A DNA stretch of 64,000 bases from contig JAJDAZ010000001.1 of the NCBI GenBank assembly GCA_029261595.1, forward strand, positions 23 through 64,022, written 5' to 3'. The notes under the pieces are model-generated. The model was not told the origin of the DNA. It ran no database searches and was given only the letters and a program-made list of their open reading frames with translations. This document shows positions 51,780 through 59,903 of the stretch, in pieces (position 1 is the first letter of the stretch; the number at the start of each line of letters is the position of its first letter). Origin of the DNA: Nitrospinaceae bacterium (GTDB taxonomy: Bacteria; Nitrospinota; Nitrospinia; Nitrospinales; VA-1). Both the position numbers and the translations under genes were made by a program.

Positions 51780-53282
51780 ATGAAGTTTTTCAAAAAATTT
51801 CCTATCAAAATAAAAGTACTCGTCCTACTTTTGCTCGTATCATTCGTCACATTGATCGTTTCTTCCACTTTTTTTGTTTATAACGATCTCAAGATTTTTA
51901 AGAAAAATTTACTTGTAAACCTGACTGCTTTGGCAGGAACCGTTGGGGCAAACAGTAGATCCGCTGTTTATTTCGAGGACAAGGAAACTGCCGCCGAAAT
52001 ATTATCTTCTCTAAAAGAAGACCCTCAAATTCAATATGCCATTATTTATGATTCCGATGGAAATATTTTTGTAACGTACGATGGGAAGAATTCAAGTAAT
52101 CAATTGTCCCAACGAAAGGATGATATCTTTCATTTTTTTAAGGAAGGTGCGCTTGAGCTAAAACGGCCAATAATTCTAAAAGGGAATAAGATAGGGGACA
52201 TACATATTTCTGCAGATCTAAATCAATATAATGCAATCATTGAAAAGTATTTTCTTATTGTAGGGTTAGTCCTATTATCCACCTTTGGAATAGCTATAGT
52301 ATTATCATTTGGACTACAAAAATTCCTCTCAAAACCCATCCAAACTCTTGCCAAAGCGATCAATGAAATTTCAAATAAGAATGACTACTCAATAAGAGTG
52401 AACCATCAATATCAGGATGAGATTGGTGAATTATATTTTGGTTTTAACCAGATGATTTCTCAAATCGAAAAAAGAGACATTGAACTAACTTTAACTAACA
52501 GTGCTTTAAAAAAGGAGGTAGAGGAACGAGGGCGTGCTGAAAATAACTTAAAAGTTTACTCGGAGAAATTAAAACGAAGTAATCAGGAGCTACAGGACTT
52601 TGCAACAATTGCCTCGCATGACCTTCAAGAACCTTTACGAAAAATCATTACCTTTGGAGATCGGATTACTACTGAAATCACTGAAGTAGATGAAAAGGGG
52701 AAACATTATATAGCTCGAATGCAAAATGCCTCCGATAGGATGAAAAAATTTATCAATGATTTATTAGAGTATTCAAAAATAGAATCAAAAGCCAGGCCTT
52801 TTAAAAGAGAAGATCTCAATAAAATTTTTTCTACTGCAATGGAAAATTTGGAAATCCAAATATCAAAATCTCAAGCTCAAGTCATTTGTGAAAACTTACC
52901 TACTCTTGAAGTCGATTCCTTTCAAATCCTCCAGTTATTTCAAAATTTAATCTCCAATGCTCTTAAATATAAAAAGACGAATGATCATCCAGTCATAAAG
53001 ATTTATGCCCGTTTAATTGAACCGGATCTTTGGGAAATCATTGTCGAGGATAATGGGATTGGTTTCGACATTAAATATCTTGATCGCGTATTTAAACCTT
53101 TTGAGCGGTTACATGGGAAAAGTGACTACGAGGGAAGCGGAATGGGTTTAACTATTTGCAAAAAAATAATTATTCGTCACGGAGGAAGTATTACCGCATC
53201 CAGTATTCTTGGAGAAGGGGCTACTTTTAAATTCACCTTACCCGAAACTCAAAAACAGCAATATAAACTTCAGAATGTTTAG
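51780..53282 (+). CDS. Sensor histidine kinase: CHASE8-like periplasmic domain, HAMP, HisKA, HATPase_c
   Basis: TM1 plus an extracytoplasmic domain ([45 protein letters not shown]) and TM2 plus HAMP. H-box [10 protein letters not shown] and ATPase boxes DNGIGF and GSGMGL are present. Confidence 0.85.
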   Translation: MKFFKKFPIKIKVLVLLLLVSFVTLIVSSTFFVYNDLKIFKKNLLVNLTALAGTVGANSRSAVYFEDKETAAEILSSLKEDPQIQYAIIYDSDGNIFVTYDGKNSSNQLSQRKDDIFHFFKEGALELKRPIILKGNKIGDIHISADLNQYNAIIEKYFLIVGLVLLSTFGIAIVLSFGLQKFLSKPIQTLAKAINEISNKNDYSIRVNHQYQDEIGELYFGFNQMISQIEKRDIELTLTNSALKKEVEERGRAENNLKVYSEKLKRSNQELQDFATIASHDLQEPLRKIITFGDRITTEITEVDEKGKHYIARMQNASDRMKKFINDLLEYSKIESKARPFKREDLNKIFSTAMENLEIQISKSQAQVICENLPTLEVDSFQILQLFQNLISNALKYKKTNDHPVIKIYARLIEPDLWEIIVEDNGIGFDIKYLDRVFKPFERLHGKSDYEGSGMGLTICKKIIIRHGGSITASSILGEGATFKFTLPETQKQQYKLQNV

Positions 53283-53314
53283 ATGGAAAGGGTTTTAACG
53301 GGCTGTTGGATAAT

Positions 53315-54766
53315 ATGAAGGATTTGAATTTTTTTTCAATTAAAAAAAAATTAACCTACCTGTTCATGCTTGTTTCAGGAACTACACTCATAATATTAAC
53401 CACGTTTTTCATATATAACGATATAAAAATTTTCAAAAAAAGCTTACTAGATAAACTTTCTATATTAGCCAGCGTAGTTGGTTCAAATGTAAGAGTAGCT
53501 CTATATTTTGAAGATAATGAAGCCGCCACGAAAGTGCTATCATTGTTAATGGAAGATTCGCAAATTGAATTTACTGGCTTATATGATTCAAAAGGAAAAA
53601 TTTTCGCTAAATATCAATCTGCTGGATTTTCTAGAGATAAATATAGATCCAGTGGTAATAAAAAGAATTATATCGAACTAAAAAAACAGATCTTATTGAA
53701 AGGTGCTTTTATTGGGAGCATCTTAATAATTGCAAACTTAAATGAATTCAGAGAAAAGCAAAGAAAGTACTTTCAACTAGTGGGAATTATTCTGCTTGCA
53801 ACTATAGGATTGGTTATTTGGCTATCAATCAAACTACAAAGAATCATTTCCAAACCAATATTAAATTTAGCCAATACCGCTAATAAAATTTCGAATACTA
53901 ATAACTACTCTTTACGGGTCAATTATCCACATGTGGATGAATTGGGGCAACTATACAATTGTTTCAATGAGATGATTGCCCAAATTGATAAAAGAGAAAT
54001 ACAATTAAATGACTATAGGAAACATTTAGAACACAAGGTTCAAAAACGAACTAAAGAATTATCGCTTATCAACTCTCAACTTAGCATTGAAGTAGAAAGG
54101 CGAAAAAATTTTGAAGATCACCTTAAAAATTCTCTTGATGAGAAAGAAATTCTGCTCAAAGAAATTCACCATCGTGTAAAAAATAATCTTCAAATCATTT
54201 CCAGCCTTCTAAATATTCAGGCCCAATATAAAGGGCCGGAGTACTCTCACATCTTTTCTGATTGTAGTAACCGGATCCAATCTATTGCCCTTCTCCATGA
54301 AAATATTTATAAAACCTCTAAATATATGCAAATTAATTTTGATCAATATATTGAAAATTTGGTTAAATATTTATTTCAAACATTTGGAATATCCTCCGAG
54401 GCAGTTAAGGTAAACATTCAGGTTTCTAATATACCTTTGGACCTTGACGCGGTATTGCCGTGTGGTTTGATAGTCCAGGAACTTATTTCCAATTCATTGA
54501 AGCATGCTTTTCCTGATGGGAAAGGTGAAATTGATATTTGTATGCAATATATTATTGAGGGTGAAAATAATATAGAGCTTAACGTAAGCGATAACGGAGT
54601 TGGGTTGCCCGAAAAGTTTGACCTTGAAGAGGTTGATACATTGGGTTTAAAACTTGTTTCTAGATTGGTTGAAAATCAATTAAAAGGAACAATTTTTATC
54701 AATCTGGAGGAAAAAACCGAATTTAAAATAAAATTTATGAGTAGGAAAGAAAACAATGTCTTCTGA
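53315..54766 (+). CDS. Sensor histidine kinase: paralogous CHASE8-like sensor, HAMP, HisKA_2-type (HWE-like) kinase core
   Basis: The N-terminal sensor is clearly paralogous to the preceding kinase ([38 protein letters not shown]). The H-box [17 protein letters not shown] is of the HisKA_2 type. The ATPase box is SDNGVGLP. Confidence 0.85.
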   Translation: MKDLNFFSIKKKLTYLFMLVSGTTLIILTTFFIYNDIKIFKKSLLDKLSILASVVGSNVRVALYFEDNEAATKVLSLLMEDSQIEFTGLYDSKGKIFAKYQSAGFSRDKYRSSGNKKNYIELKKQILLKGAFIGSILIIANLNEFREKQRKYFQLVGIILLATIGLVIWLSIKLQRIISKPILNLANTANKISNTNNYSLRVNYPHVDELGQLYNCFNEMIAQIDKREIQLNDYRKHLEHKVQKRTKELSLINSQLSIEVERRKNFEDHLKNSLDEKEILLKEIHHRVKNNLQIISSLLNIQAQYKGPEYSHIFSDCSNRIQSIALLHENIYKTSKYMQINFDQYIENLVKYLFQTFGISSEAVKVNIQVSNIPLDLDAVLPCGLIVQELISNSLKHAFPDGKGEIDICMQYIIEGENNIELNVSDNGVGLPEKFDLEEVDTLGLKLVSRLVENQLKGTIFINLEEKTEFKIKFMSRKENNVF

Positions 54767-55151
54767 TAAGGCCAGAATTTTAATTGTGGAGGATGAGGAT
54801 ATTGTCGTGTTTGATATTGAATTGATCTTAGAGGCTGCCGGTTTTGATGTAGTAGGGTCCGCTTCTTCCGCTGTAAAGGCAATTCAAAAATTGAATGAAG
54901 AACAAATAGATTTGGCAATTTTGGACATTAGACTTGAGGGTAAGATCGATGGTATTACCCTTGCGGATACAATAAGTAAAATTTATAAGATCCCTGTAAT
55001 TTTTCTTACGGCATTTTCATGTAAGAAGATTTTGGATAGAGCTAAAATTTCTACACATTATGGATTCCTTGTTAAACCATTTAACCCGGAAACTTTAGTG
55101 TCAAATATCGAAATTGCTCTTTATAAACACAAAAGTGCTGAAGAGAAATAA
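54756..55151 (+). CDS. Single-domain (CheY-like) response regulator
   Basis: Receiver motifs are present: [10 protein letters not shown], the phospho-acceptor context DLAILDIRL, and FLTAFS...VKPF. It overlaps the kinase stop by 11 nt. Confidence 0.9.
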   Translation: MSSDKARILIVEDEDIVVFDIELILEAAGFDVVGSASSAVKAIQKLNEEQIDLAILDIRLEGKIDGITLADTISKIYKIPVIFLTAFSCKKILDRAKISTHYGFLVKPFNPETLVSNIEIALYKHKSAEEK

Positions 55152-55240
55152 GCCTACAATGGACAAAGTGAAATTTGATTTATGAAACTTTAAAAATCAC
55201 GACTTCGGTTGACAAGTTTTATTAAATTAGAACTGTTTGA

Positions 55241-55462
55241 CGTCAGCCAAAAGCGGACGTAGATATCGATAAATTTCCTTACAACGCCTACCAGTTGGAA
55301 GCCATGATTAACGTCCTGGAACAGAAAGGTATTTTGACCGGGAAAGAAGTTCTGGACGAAATGGAAGTGGTTGTGGCGGCCAAGAGGAAGAAAGAGGCTA
55401 ATTGTAGGGTGCAGGGGCTTTGGTCCCTGGGGGGCTGGGGCATCGATCAAGTGTGGTTCTAG
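55241..55462 (+). pseudogene. Possible gene remnant or very small ORF (..DKFPYNAYQLEAMINVLEQKGILTGKEVLDEMEVVVAAKRKKE..)
   Basis: This frame is open from a TGA at 55238-55240 to a TAG at 55460-55462. The protein-like helical segment has no ATG or GTG before it; only an internal TTG and ATG would give about 52-55 aa. G+C looks higher than in its AT-rich surroundings. Confidence 0.25.
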
Positions 55463-55497
55463 TAATACCGCACTTTAGTGCCAATATGGAACTATTA

Positions 55498-56736
55498 TTA
55501 ATAGATGATAGGTTCCTTTTTGCTGTCGTTTAATAAATGAACCCCTAAAAAACGTCTTTGCGAAATAATGTCATTTTTTGTATTACCAATGGTTTTAAAA
55601 TAAATTCTTAACAATGGGCTAATTCGTCGACTAATTCTATTATCAATTTCTTCAAACAAATTTCTTGCATTGCAAAACTTATAATGATTTCCCCATCCCA
55701 TTAATTTGAAATTAATTTGAGAGAGTGTAGAAACCAATGAATTGTCTCTAACATTTTTCTTTTTAAAATTTTTTAATTGCTCAATCCCTGCATTTACAAT
55801 TATGTCAATATTTTGATATAGATTGTCGATTGTCTTTTGGTTTGGCAAGATGGAGTCTTCCGAAAGAATACAACCTAAAAAATTGATCCCGTCCTTTGAT
55901 TTCCCTTTTTGTGCTTTTGAGTTATTTTCAGAAGGATCATAAATTTCCATACCAAATTTCTCTAAGTGTCTTTTAGCAAGCTTGACAGCCCTTTGTAGCT
56001 TCGATTCTGTTTTGCATAAAATTAAAAAATCATCGATGAAACGAATGCAATTTATTTTGTTCGAATTCATTTCCTCATCAAATTTTTTTAACAAAACATT
56101 ACCAAAAAAGGGTGACAAAGATGAGCCTTGCGGTGCACCAATTTCTTGATCAGGAAATAAATGCCTATTTTTTAATCTGTTAATATTTTCTAATTCAACC
56201 TTAGTTGCGTTTTTTAGCAATATATTTATTGATTGGTCGGGATCTATTAAATCAAAAATTTTATCGAGCACAATTTGCTTTGGAATTTTTGTGAAAAACC
56301 CTTTTATGTCTGCCCTGCAATAATGGCGGCATCCAGATTTAATGATCTCGTGGGCTTCTTTTAAGGCCATGCTCACACTTCTTTTTGGAAGGCCTCCGAA
56401 GCTTCTAGGGCTAGATAAGAAGGATTTTACTTGCGGATTTTGCCACAAACAATCCAATAAGGCTCGATGAACAATCCGATCGTGAAGGTGCGGTACAACT
56501 AAAGGCCTTAATTGCCCATTTTCCTTTTCAATTTCCACGCCTCTGGCTAATTTAAAAGAGTACCTCTCTCCTCTAAGTTGATCTTTTATTGTTTTGAGGT
56601 AGGTATTTTCTTTTTCTTTGAATTTAATAACTTCGGATTGGGTTATTTGCGACTGAGATTGCAAACCATTTTCGTATACTTTTTTCCAAGCATTGGATAG
56701 GCAGTCATTTGTACGTAGCTTTTGATCGAGGGACAT
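55498..56736 (-). CDS. Stand-alone reverse transcriptase, group-II-intron-like (candidate defence-associated/unknown-group RT)
   Basis: RT motifs RPLVVPHLHDRIVHRALL (1-2), ADIKGFFTKIP (3), GAPQGSSLSPFFGNVLL (4) and CIRFIDDFLILC (5, FIDD in place of YADD). INFLGC (7) and a maturase/thumb-like LMGWGNHYKFCN are also present. There is no endonuclease domain. Confidence 0.88.
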   Translation of the reverse strand: MSLDQKLRTNDCLSNAWKKVYENGLQSQSQITQSEVIKFKEKENTYLKTIKDQLRGERYSFKLARGVEIEKENGQLRPLVVPHLHDRIVHRALLDCLWQNPQVKSFLSSPRSFGGLPKRSVSMALKEAHEIIKSGCRHYCRADIKGFFTKIPKQIVLDKIFDLIDPDQSINILLKNATKVELENINRLKNRHLFPDQEIGAPQGSSLSPFFGNVLLKKFDEEMNSNKINCIRFIDDFLILCKTESKLQRAVKLAKRHLEKFGMEIYDPSENNSKAQKGKSKDGINFLGCILSEDSILPNQKTIDNLYQNIDIIVNAGIEQLKNFKKKNVRDNSLVSTLSQINFKLMGWGNHYKFCNARNLFEEIDNRISRRISPLLRIYFKTIGNTKNDIISQRRFLGVHLLNDSKKEPIIY

Positions 56737-57012
56737 TTATATTGGATTCTCTGCTCTGGGGAACCTCCGATTAACGCCTACCCCGGTTGCAGAAAGAGAC
56801 TACTGTGAGTGATTGGATGGAAAGTTCCACCCTCAATTCAAATGACGAGGATAAGGTCATTCCCAAATCCACTCCGCCATCATGGCAATTATGCGGCCTT
56901 GATGACTCCCTGAAAGACGCAACCGGAATCTGAATTCCGATCGCTAACAGGAACAGAAACCCTATTTATAATATCACACAACCGAAGAAATAAATATTTT
57001 GATGGCTTGGTA
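56737..57012 (-). other. Long non-coding leader upstream of the RT (candidate structured or template ncRNA)
   Basis: There is no credible ORF here. On the RT strand a TATAAT-like element (GATATTATAAAT) lies near 56975. Hairpins include CGGAAT-TCAG-ATTCCG (56924-56939) and GGATGGAA-AG-TTCCACC (56815-56831). GGGG, CCCC, AACC and GGTT segments offer competing pairings next to the start codon. Confidence 0.3.
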
Positions 57013-57016
57013 TGTA

Positions 57017-57129
57017 TTGGATTATGGAATGAGGTTTCAGGGAGGTTATTAAGTGTCAGTTAATATGGGATTTATGAAAAGGCGGGAAATACCGGGAAAA
57101 AGTGGTGGAAAGTGGGATATTTAAAGGGG
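57017..57129 (+). repeat. Three spaced direct repeats (candidate transposase L1-L3 end-binding sites)
   Basis: TTGGATTATGGAATGAGG (57017-57034), ATGGGATTTATGAAAAGG (57065-57082) and GTGGGATATTTAAAGGGG (57112-57129). The consensus is about TGGGATtTATGAAaAGG and the spacing is 47-48 bp. Confidence 0.45.
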
Positions 57130-57315
57130 TTTGTGGTCCAGGCGAAATTTTTTTATCCCAAAGTAACTGCAACTCGGAATCGGACAAAACAGGGGTGTTT
57201 GTTGCACTTAGTTTGGGAAATTAGGAAGATTAATTTGTATTCATCGGCATCCGAGCTGATAGACAGTGTCCAATGTTTCAACCGCTATCGACCAGAAGCG
57301 GATATCTCCACCGCC

Positions 57316-58200
57316 TTACACTTGATCGAAAACGAGCCTTCCACCACCGTTACGTTTTGCTCGATAGATTGCGATGTCAAGATTAACGTCGCGAGCCTTA
57401 CCAACGATGTCCTCAATGTCGGACTTCTCCATCTCGAGTCCGAGATACAACTCCGTGATCTCTTCAGGATGGTATGGGACAGTGTTCCAGGGCCGTTCGT
57501 CTTTCCTGATCGGAATAGCTAGGCGATATTCCCCTTCGTGTTGCCAATCCAACGTTTTGGTGTAAATGATCCGTTCGACGATCTCTCTGACTTGGGATTC
57601 ATGGTTGCCAAATAAAGCGCCAGCACTAAATTTAAGCGTATCTTCGTAGAGCGGAGGGCGTTTCTCTCGGTATATGACGGGACGAAAGAGTTGGAATTTA
57701 GAGTCATTGGAAAAATTTGGTTGGATTCGCAGGGAAACGCCCTTGTGCTTTTCAGCATACTCAGTCCACATGCGCTCCGAGTCTTTGTGGGTAGAGACGC
57801 AAAGAACGCGATAATCCTGCATGAACTCGTTGATCTCTGCGATATGCGCCTGTGCCTTGTCACGGTAGTACTCAACGTTATCGGGCAGGTTCATCAGTTC
57901 GGCCCTAACCAAGTCAGCGGCACCTGGATTCGCTCGGTAACCCTGCTGAATGGCCCTGATTTTTTCCTTCATCGGCGAACTGCATGTGGGCTCCTCGTCA
58001 AGGTGACGTAGGATCATGTCAGTGAAGCCACCAGCGATCTTCTTCAGCGCTTCCTCGGTGTCCTCTGAGAAGATACTTTGGATCGTCAGATCCTCTACAT
58101 CGTTAAAATCCGACGGTTTTGCGTGTTTGAATGTCCTGTTTGCGAACGTCAGCTTCGCACCTGTAACGTCAAGGTACTTGTAAAGTGGAGGCAAAGTCAT
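57316..58200 (-). CDS. DUF2971-like protein (unknown function), leftmost gene of the putative prophage
   Basis: The N-terminus (PPLYKYLDVTGAKLTFANRTFKHAKPSDFNDVED) matches my recollection of the DUF2971 pattern (LYKY...l.F..p..FNDp.E). It is co-oriented with the repressor gene immediately upstream of it. Confidence 0.5.
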   Translation of the reverse strand: MTLPPLYKYLDVTGAKLTFANRTFKHAKPSDFNDVEDLTIQSIFSEDTEEALKKIAGGFTDMILRHLDEEPTCSSPMKEKIRAIQQGYRANPGAADLVRAELMNLPDNVEYYRDKAQAHIAEINEFMQDYRVLCVSTHKDSERMWTEYAEKHKGVSLRIQPNFSNDSKFQLFRPVIYREKRPPLYEDTLKFSAGALFGNHESQVREIVERIIYTKTLDWQHEGEYRLAIPIRKDERPWNTVPYHPEEITELYLGLEMEKSDIEDIVGKARDVNLDIAIYRAKRNGGGRLVFDQV

Positions 58201-58303
58201 CTATGAAGACACCATCTCGTTTGGTTGCATCGCGAACGGCTGCAAGGGGTCGAATCCGGTCATTTGAGATCTGACACTGTCTATAAAGTAGAAATAAACA
58301 AAA

Positions 58304-58990
58304 TTAAATCTGCCTCCCGTACCAGACCACACGCCCCACCACCTGCAATAAATCCAGTTGGCCCTCGCCGACTGTGAACTCTTTGTATGCCGGGTTGTCG
58401 CTTTTAACGACCAGTTCCTTCCCCATCATCCGCTGGATGCGCTTAACCTGAAGCGTGGAATCATTCTTAATACAGTAGATCCCATCATCCTGGACCTCAT
58501 TGACCGCCGTATTTATTAACAACAGATCATCTTCCTCGATGGTAGGTTCCATCGAATCCCCTTTGGCGGTTATCAGCGCAAGGGCTTTGGGATCCGCTCC
58601 CAGCTTGGTTTTGACCCAGTCTTGCTTAAAGGCCAGGTGGTCGACGACAGCCTCATTTTCGTTGATGGCCCCATGCCCGGCGCTTGCCTGCACATCGTAT
58701 CTCGGAACATAAATATAGTCATCCCGACTTTTCATGCCGTTATTGACCGATCCCCTCTCAGAAACCCCGGAATCCCGCGTCATTGAACCTTCACCGGTCA
58801 TGAGCCAGTCCGTGCTCACATTATAGGTTGAAGCTATTTTTAAAGCCCATTCAGCCGGAAAAATCCCTCTTTTTTTAGCGTCTGATATAGGTGGCTGGGT
58901 TATCGACAACGCATCCGCGACATCCTTTTGCGTGGAAAGGCCAGTTCCTATCTTTATTCTTTCCCATACCTGTTCAAATTGAGTCAACAT
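58304..58990 (-). CDS. Phage cI-type repressor: HTH domain plus S24 (LexA-like) autopeptidase domain
   Basis: The HTH segment is QKDVADALSITQPPISDAKKRG...WLMTGEG. The S24 catalytic Ser context is KGDSMEPTI and the Lys context is LQVKRIQ. ATG at 58990; the ORF-track start is a TTG at 58996. Confidence 0.85.
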   Translation of the reverse strand: MLTQFEQVWERIKIGTGLSTQKDVADALSITQPPISDAKKRGIFPAEWALKIASTYNVSTDWLMTGEGSMTRDSGVSERGSVNNGMKSRDDYIYVPRYDVQASAGHGAINENEAVVDHLAFKQDWVKTKLGADPKALALITAKGDSMEPTIEEDDLLLINTAVNEVQDDGIYCIKNDSTLQVKRIQRMMGKELVVKSDNPAYKEFTVGEGQLDLLQVVGRVVWYGRQI

Positions 58991-59021
58991 TTTCAATTGA
59001 TTTCGGACTTTTCAGATAAAA

Positions 59022-59152
59022 GCGCGAAAAAAAGTGCGAAAAATTTTATAGCCATAGGTTGTTATTTTTAAAGGATTGTATAGCTTTAGAATATAAAGTA
59101 AGTGCGAAAAGCTATTTTTATATTGACAGACTATATAGTCTTAAAATATATT
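59022..59152. promoter_or_regulatory. Divergent repressor/early-operon control region: repeated GYGCGAAAA boxes, palindromes and a sigma70-like early promoter
   Basis: GCGCGAAAA (59022-59030) and GTGCGAAAA (59034-59042 and 59102-59110). Inverted repeat ATAGCTTT/AAAGCTAT (59090-59097/59108-59115). TTGACA (59123-59128), an 18-nt spacer, then TATATT (59147-59152). The 12-bp palindrome GACTATATAGTC (59129-59140) lies within that spacer. Confidence 0.45.
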
Positions 59153-59262
59153 CATTGTCCGTTAGCAAGTAATTGTTATCGCAGATTATAGGAAAACCAG
59201 AAGTCGTTCAATATCTATTTTTTCGGTTTTCCTGAATTAGAAACCTTCAAATCCGCATTTAG

Positions 59263-59682
59263 ATGTCCGAGCAACTCACCCTTTTCAATGGCAAATCCTT
59301 CAACCCCATCGCGCGGGTGAAAGAGGCCATGCGCCAGTCCATAAAGGGAAGCGGATTTTCACGCGAACAGGTCGTCGATCAAATGAACGAACTGGCGCGG
59401 ATCGAAGGCATCACCACGGGAGGAAGGGCTAAGGAAATTTCCATCGACCTCCTGGAAAAATGGTTATCGCAAAGTGCCGATCACCTGATCCCCTGGAAGT
59501 TGCTCCCCATTTTTTGTTTCGTCGTGAAATCCATCGATTCCATGAAACCTCTATTGGCTCCCTTAGACGCGCACATCATCAATAACGAGGAGTGGGCGAT
59601 GTTTGAATGGTCAAAAGCGGAAAAAGAGAGAAGACAAATTCTGAAAAGGCAAAAACTTCTCGAAGGAAAAATGAATTTATGA
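59263..59682 (+). CDS. Hypothetical early phage protein
   Basis: First ORF of the rightward early operon, 139 aa. Its stop overlaps the next start (ATGA). No family was recognised. Confidence 0.5.
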   Translation: MSEQLTLFNGKSFNPIARVKEAMRQSIKGSGFSREQVVDQMNELARIEGITTGGRAKEISIDLLEKWLSQSADHLIPWKLLPIFCFVVKSIDSMKPLLAPLDAHIINNEEWAMFEWSKAEKERRQILKRQKLLEGKMNL

Positions 59683-59903
59683 AAGGGAAAAATAAAAGCC
59701 GGTCCAGGGCAGAAAGAAAATCGCTGGAGATCCAGTTCTGGCTGAGAAAACGCAGGATATTACAGAAGGATCTCGCCAAGGAAATCGGCGTTCATGAGGG
59801 CATTGTATCGCGTGCCATCACCGGCAATGGAAACAACCGGCGGGTGCTGGAACACCTTAAGCAAATCGGCGTTCCACAGAATTATTTGGGTGGTAAGAAA
59901 TGA
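59679..59903 (+). CDS. Ner-like small HTH DNA-binding protein
   Basis: 74 aa counted from the ATG at 59679. The HTH segment is ILQKDLAKEIGVHEGIVSRAITG. Its position immediately before the transposase gene matches Mu ner. Confidence 0.55.
   Translation: MKGKNKSRSRAERKSLEIQFWLRKRRILQKDLAKEIGVHEGIVSRAITGNGNNRRVLEHLKQIGVPQNYLGGKK

Noticed and set aside
55168-55200. An alternative prophage left end right after the response regulator: TGAAATTTGATTTATGAAAC shares the 11-mer GATTTATGAAA with repeat 2 at 57068-57078.
   Set aside because: It is a single copy with no further phased repeats within the next 300 bp, and 11-mer matches in AT-rich DNA are expected by chance. The triple repeat at 57017-57129 and the composition change fit an end at about 57013 better. 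Only the right end of the element can settle this.
55190-55450. An 86-aa ORF on the minus strand just downstream of the RT, considered as a possible RT partner or effector.
   Set aside because: The sequence is low-complexity and odd (PAPQGPKPLHP, HNHFHF). It lies exactly antisense to a much more protein-like frame and has no RBS. It is most likely a shadow ORF.
55279-56782. A possible DGR template/variable repeat pair or target-site duplication: the 10-mer AACGCCTACC occurs on both sides of the RT gene (about 55283 and about 56773).
   Set aside because: Similarity stops after 10 nt and the flanks are unrelated. Thousands of 10-mer coincidences are expected by chance in 64 kb. The RT has a standard motif 4, not the DGR-type one, and there is no target gene with a C-terminal VR.
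55190-57012. The RT as the ORF of a mobile group II intron, since it has a maturase-like GWGNHY thumb.
   Set aside because: I found no domain V-like 34-nt hairpin with an AGC triad and GNRA loop downstream of the ORF, and no GUGYG 5' end. Only about 276 nt lie upstream before the putative phage end, whereas an intron needs roughly 500-600 nt of domains I-III. I cannot fully exclude a decayed intron without covariance-model searches.
55498-57012. A classical retron (msr-msd upstream of the RT).
   Set aside because: The RT lacks the retron-typical VTG region after the catalytic box and carries group-II-like motif 7 and thumb. I could not see flanking a1/a2 inverted repeats in the leader. This remains open as a weaker alternative under the orphan-RT finding.
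57112-57522. A 136-aa plus-strand ORF spanning the putative phage end and overlapping the DUF2971 gene.
   Set aside because: It overlaps the 3' part of a better-supported gene on the opposite strand and runs across the repeat region. It has no RBS and no recognisable family.
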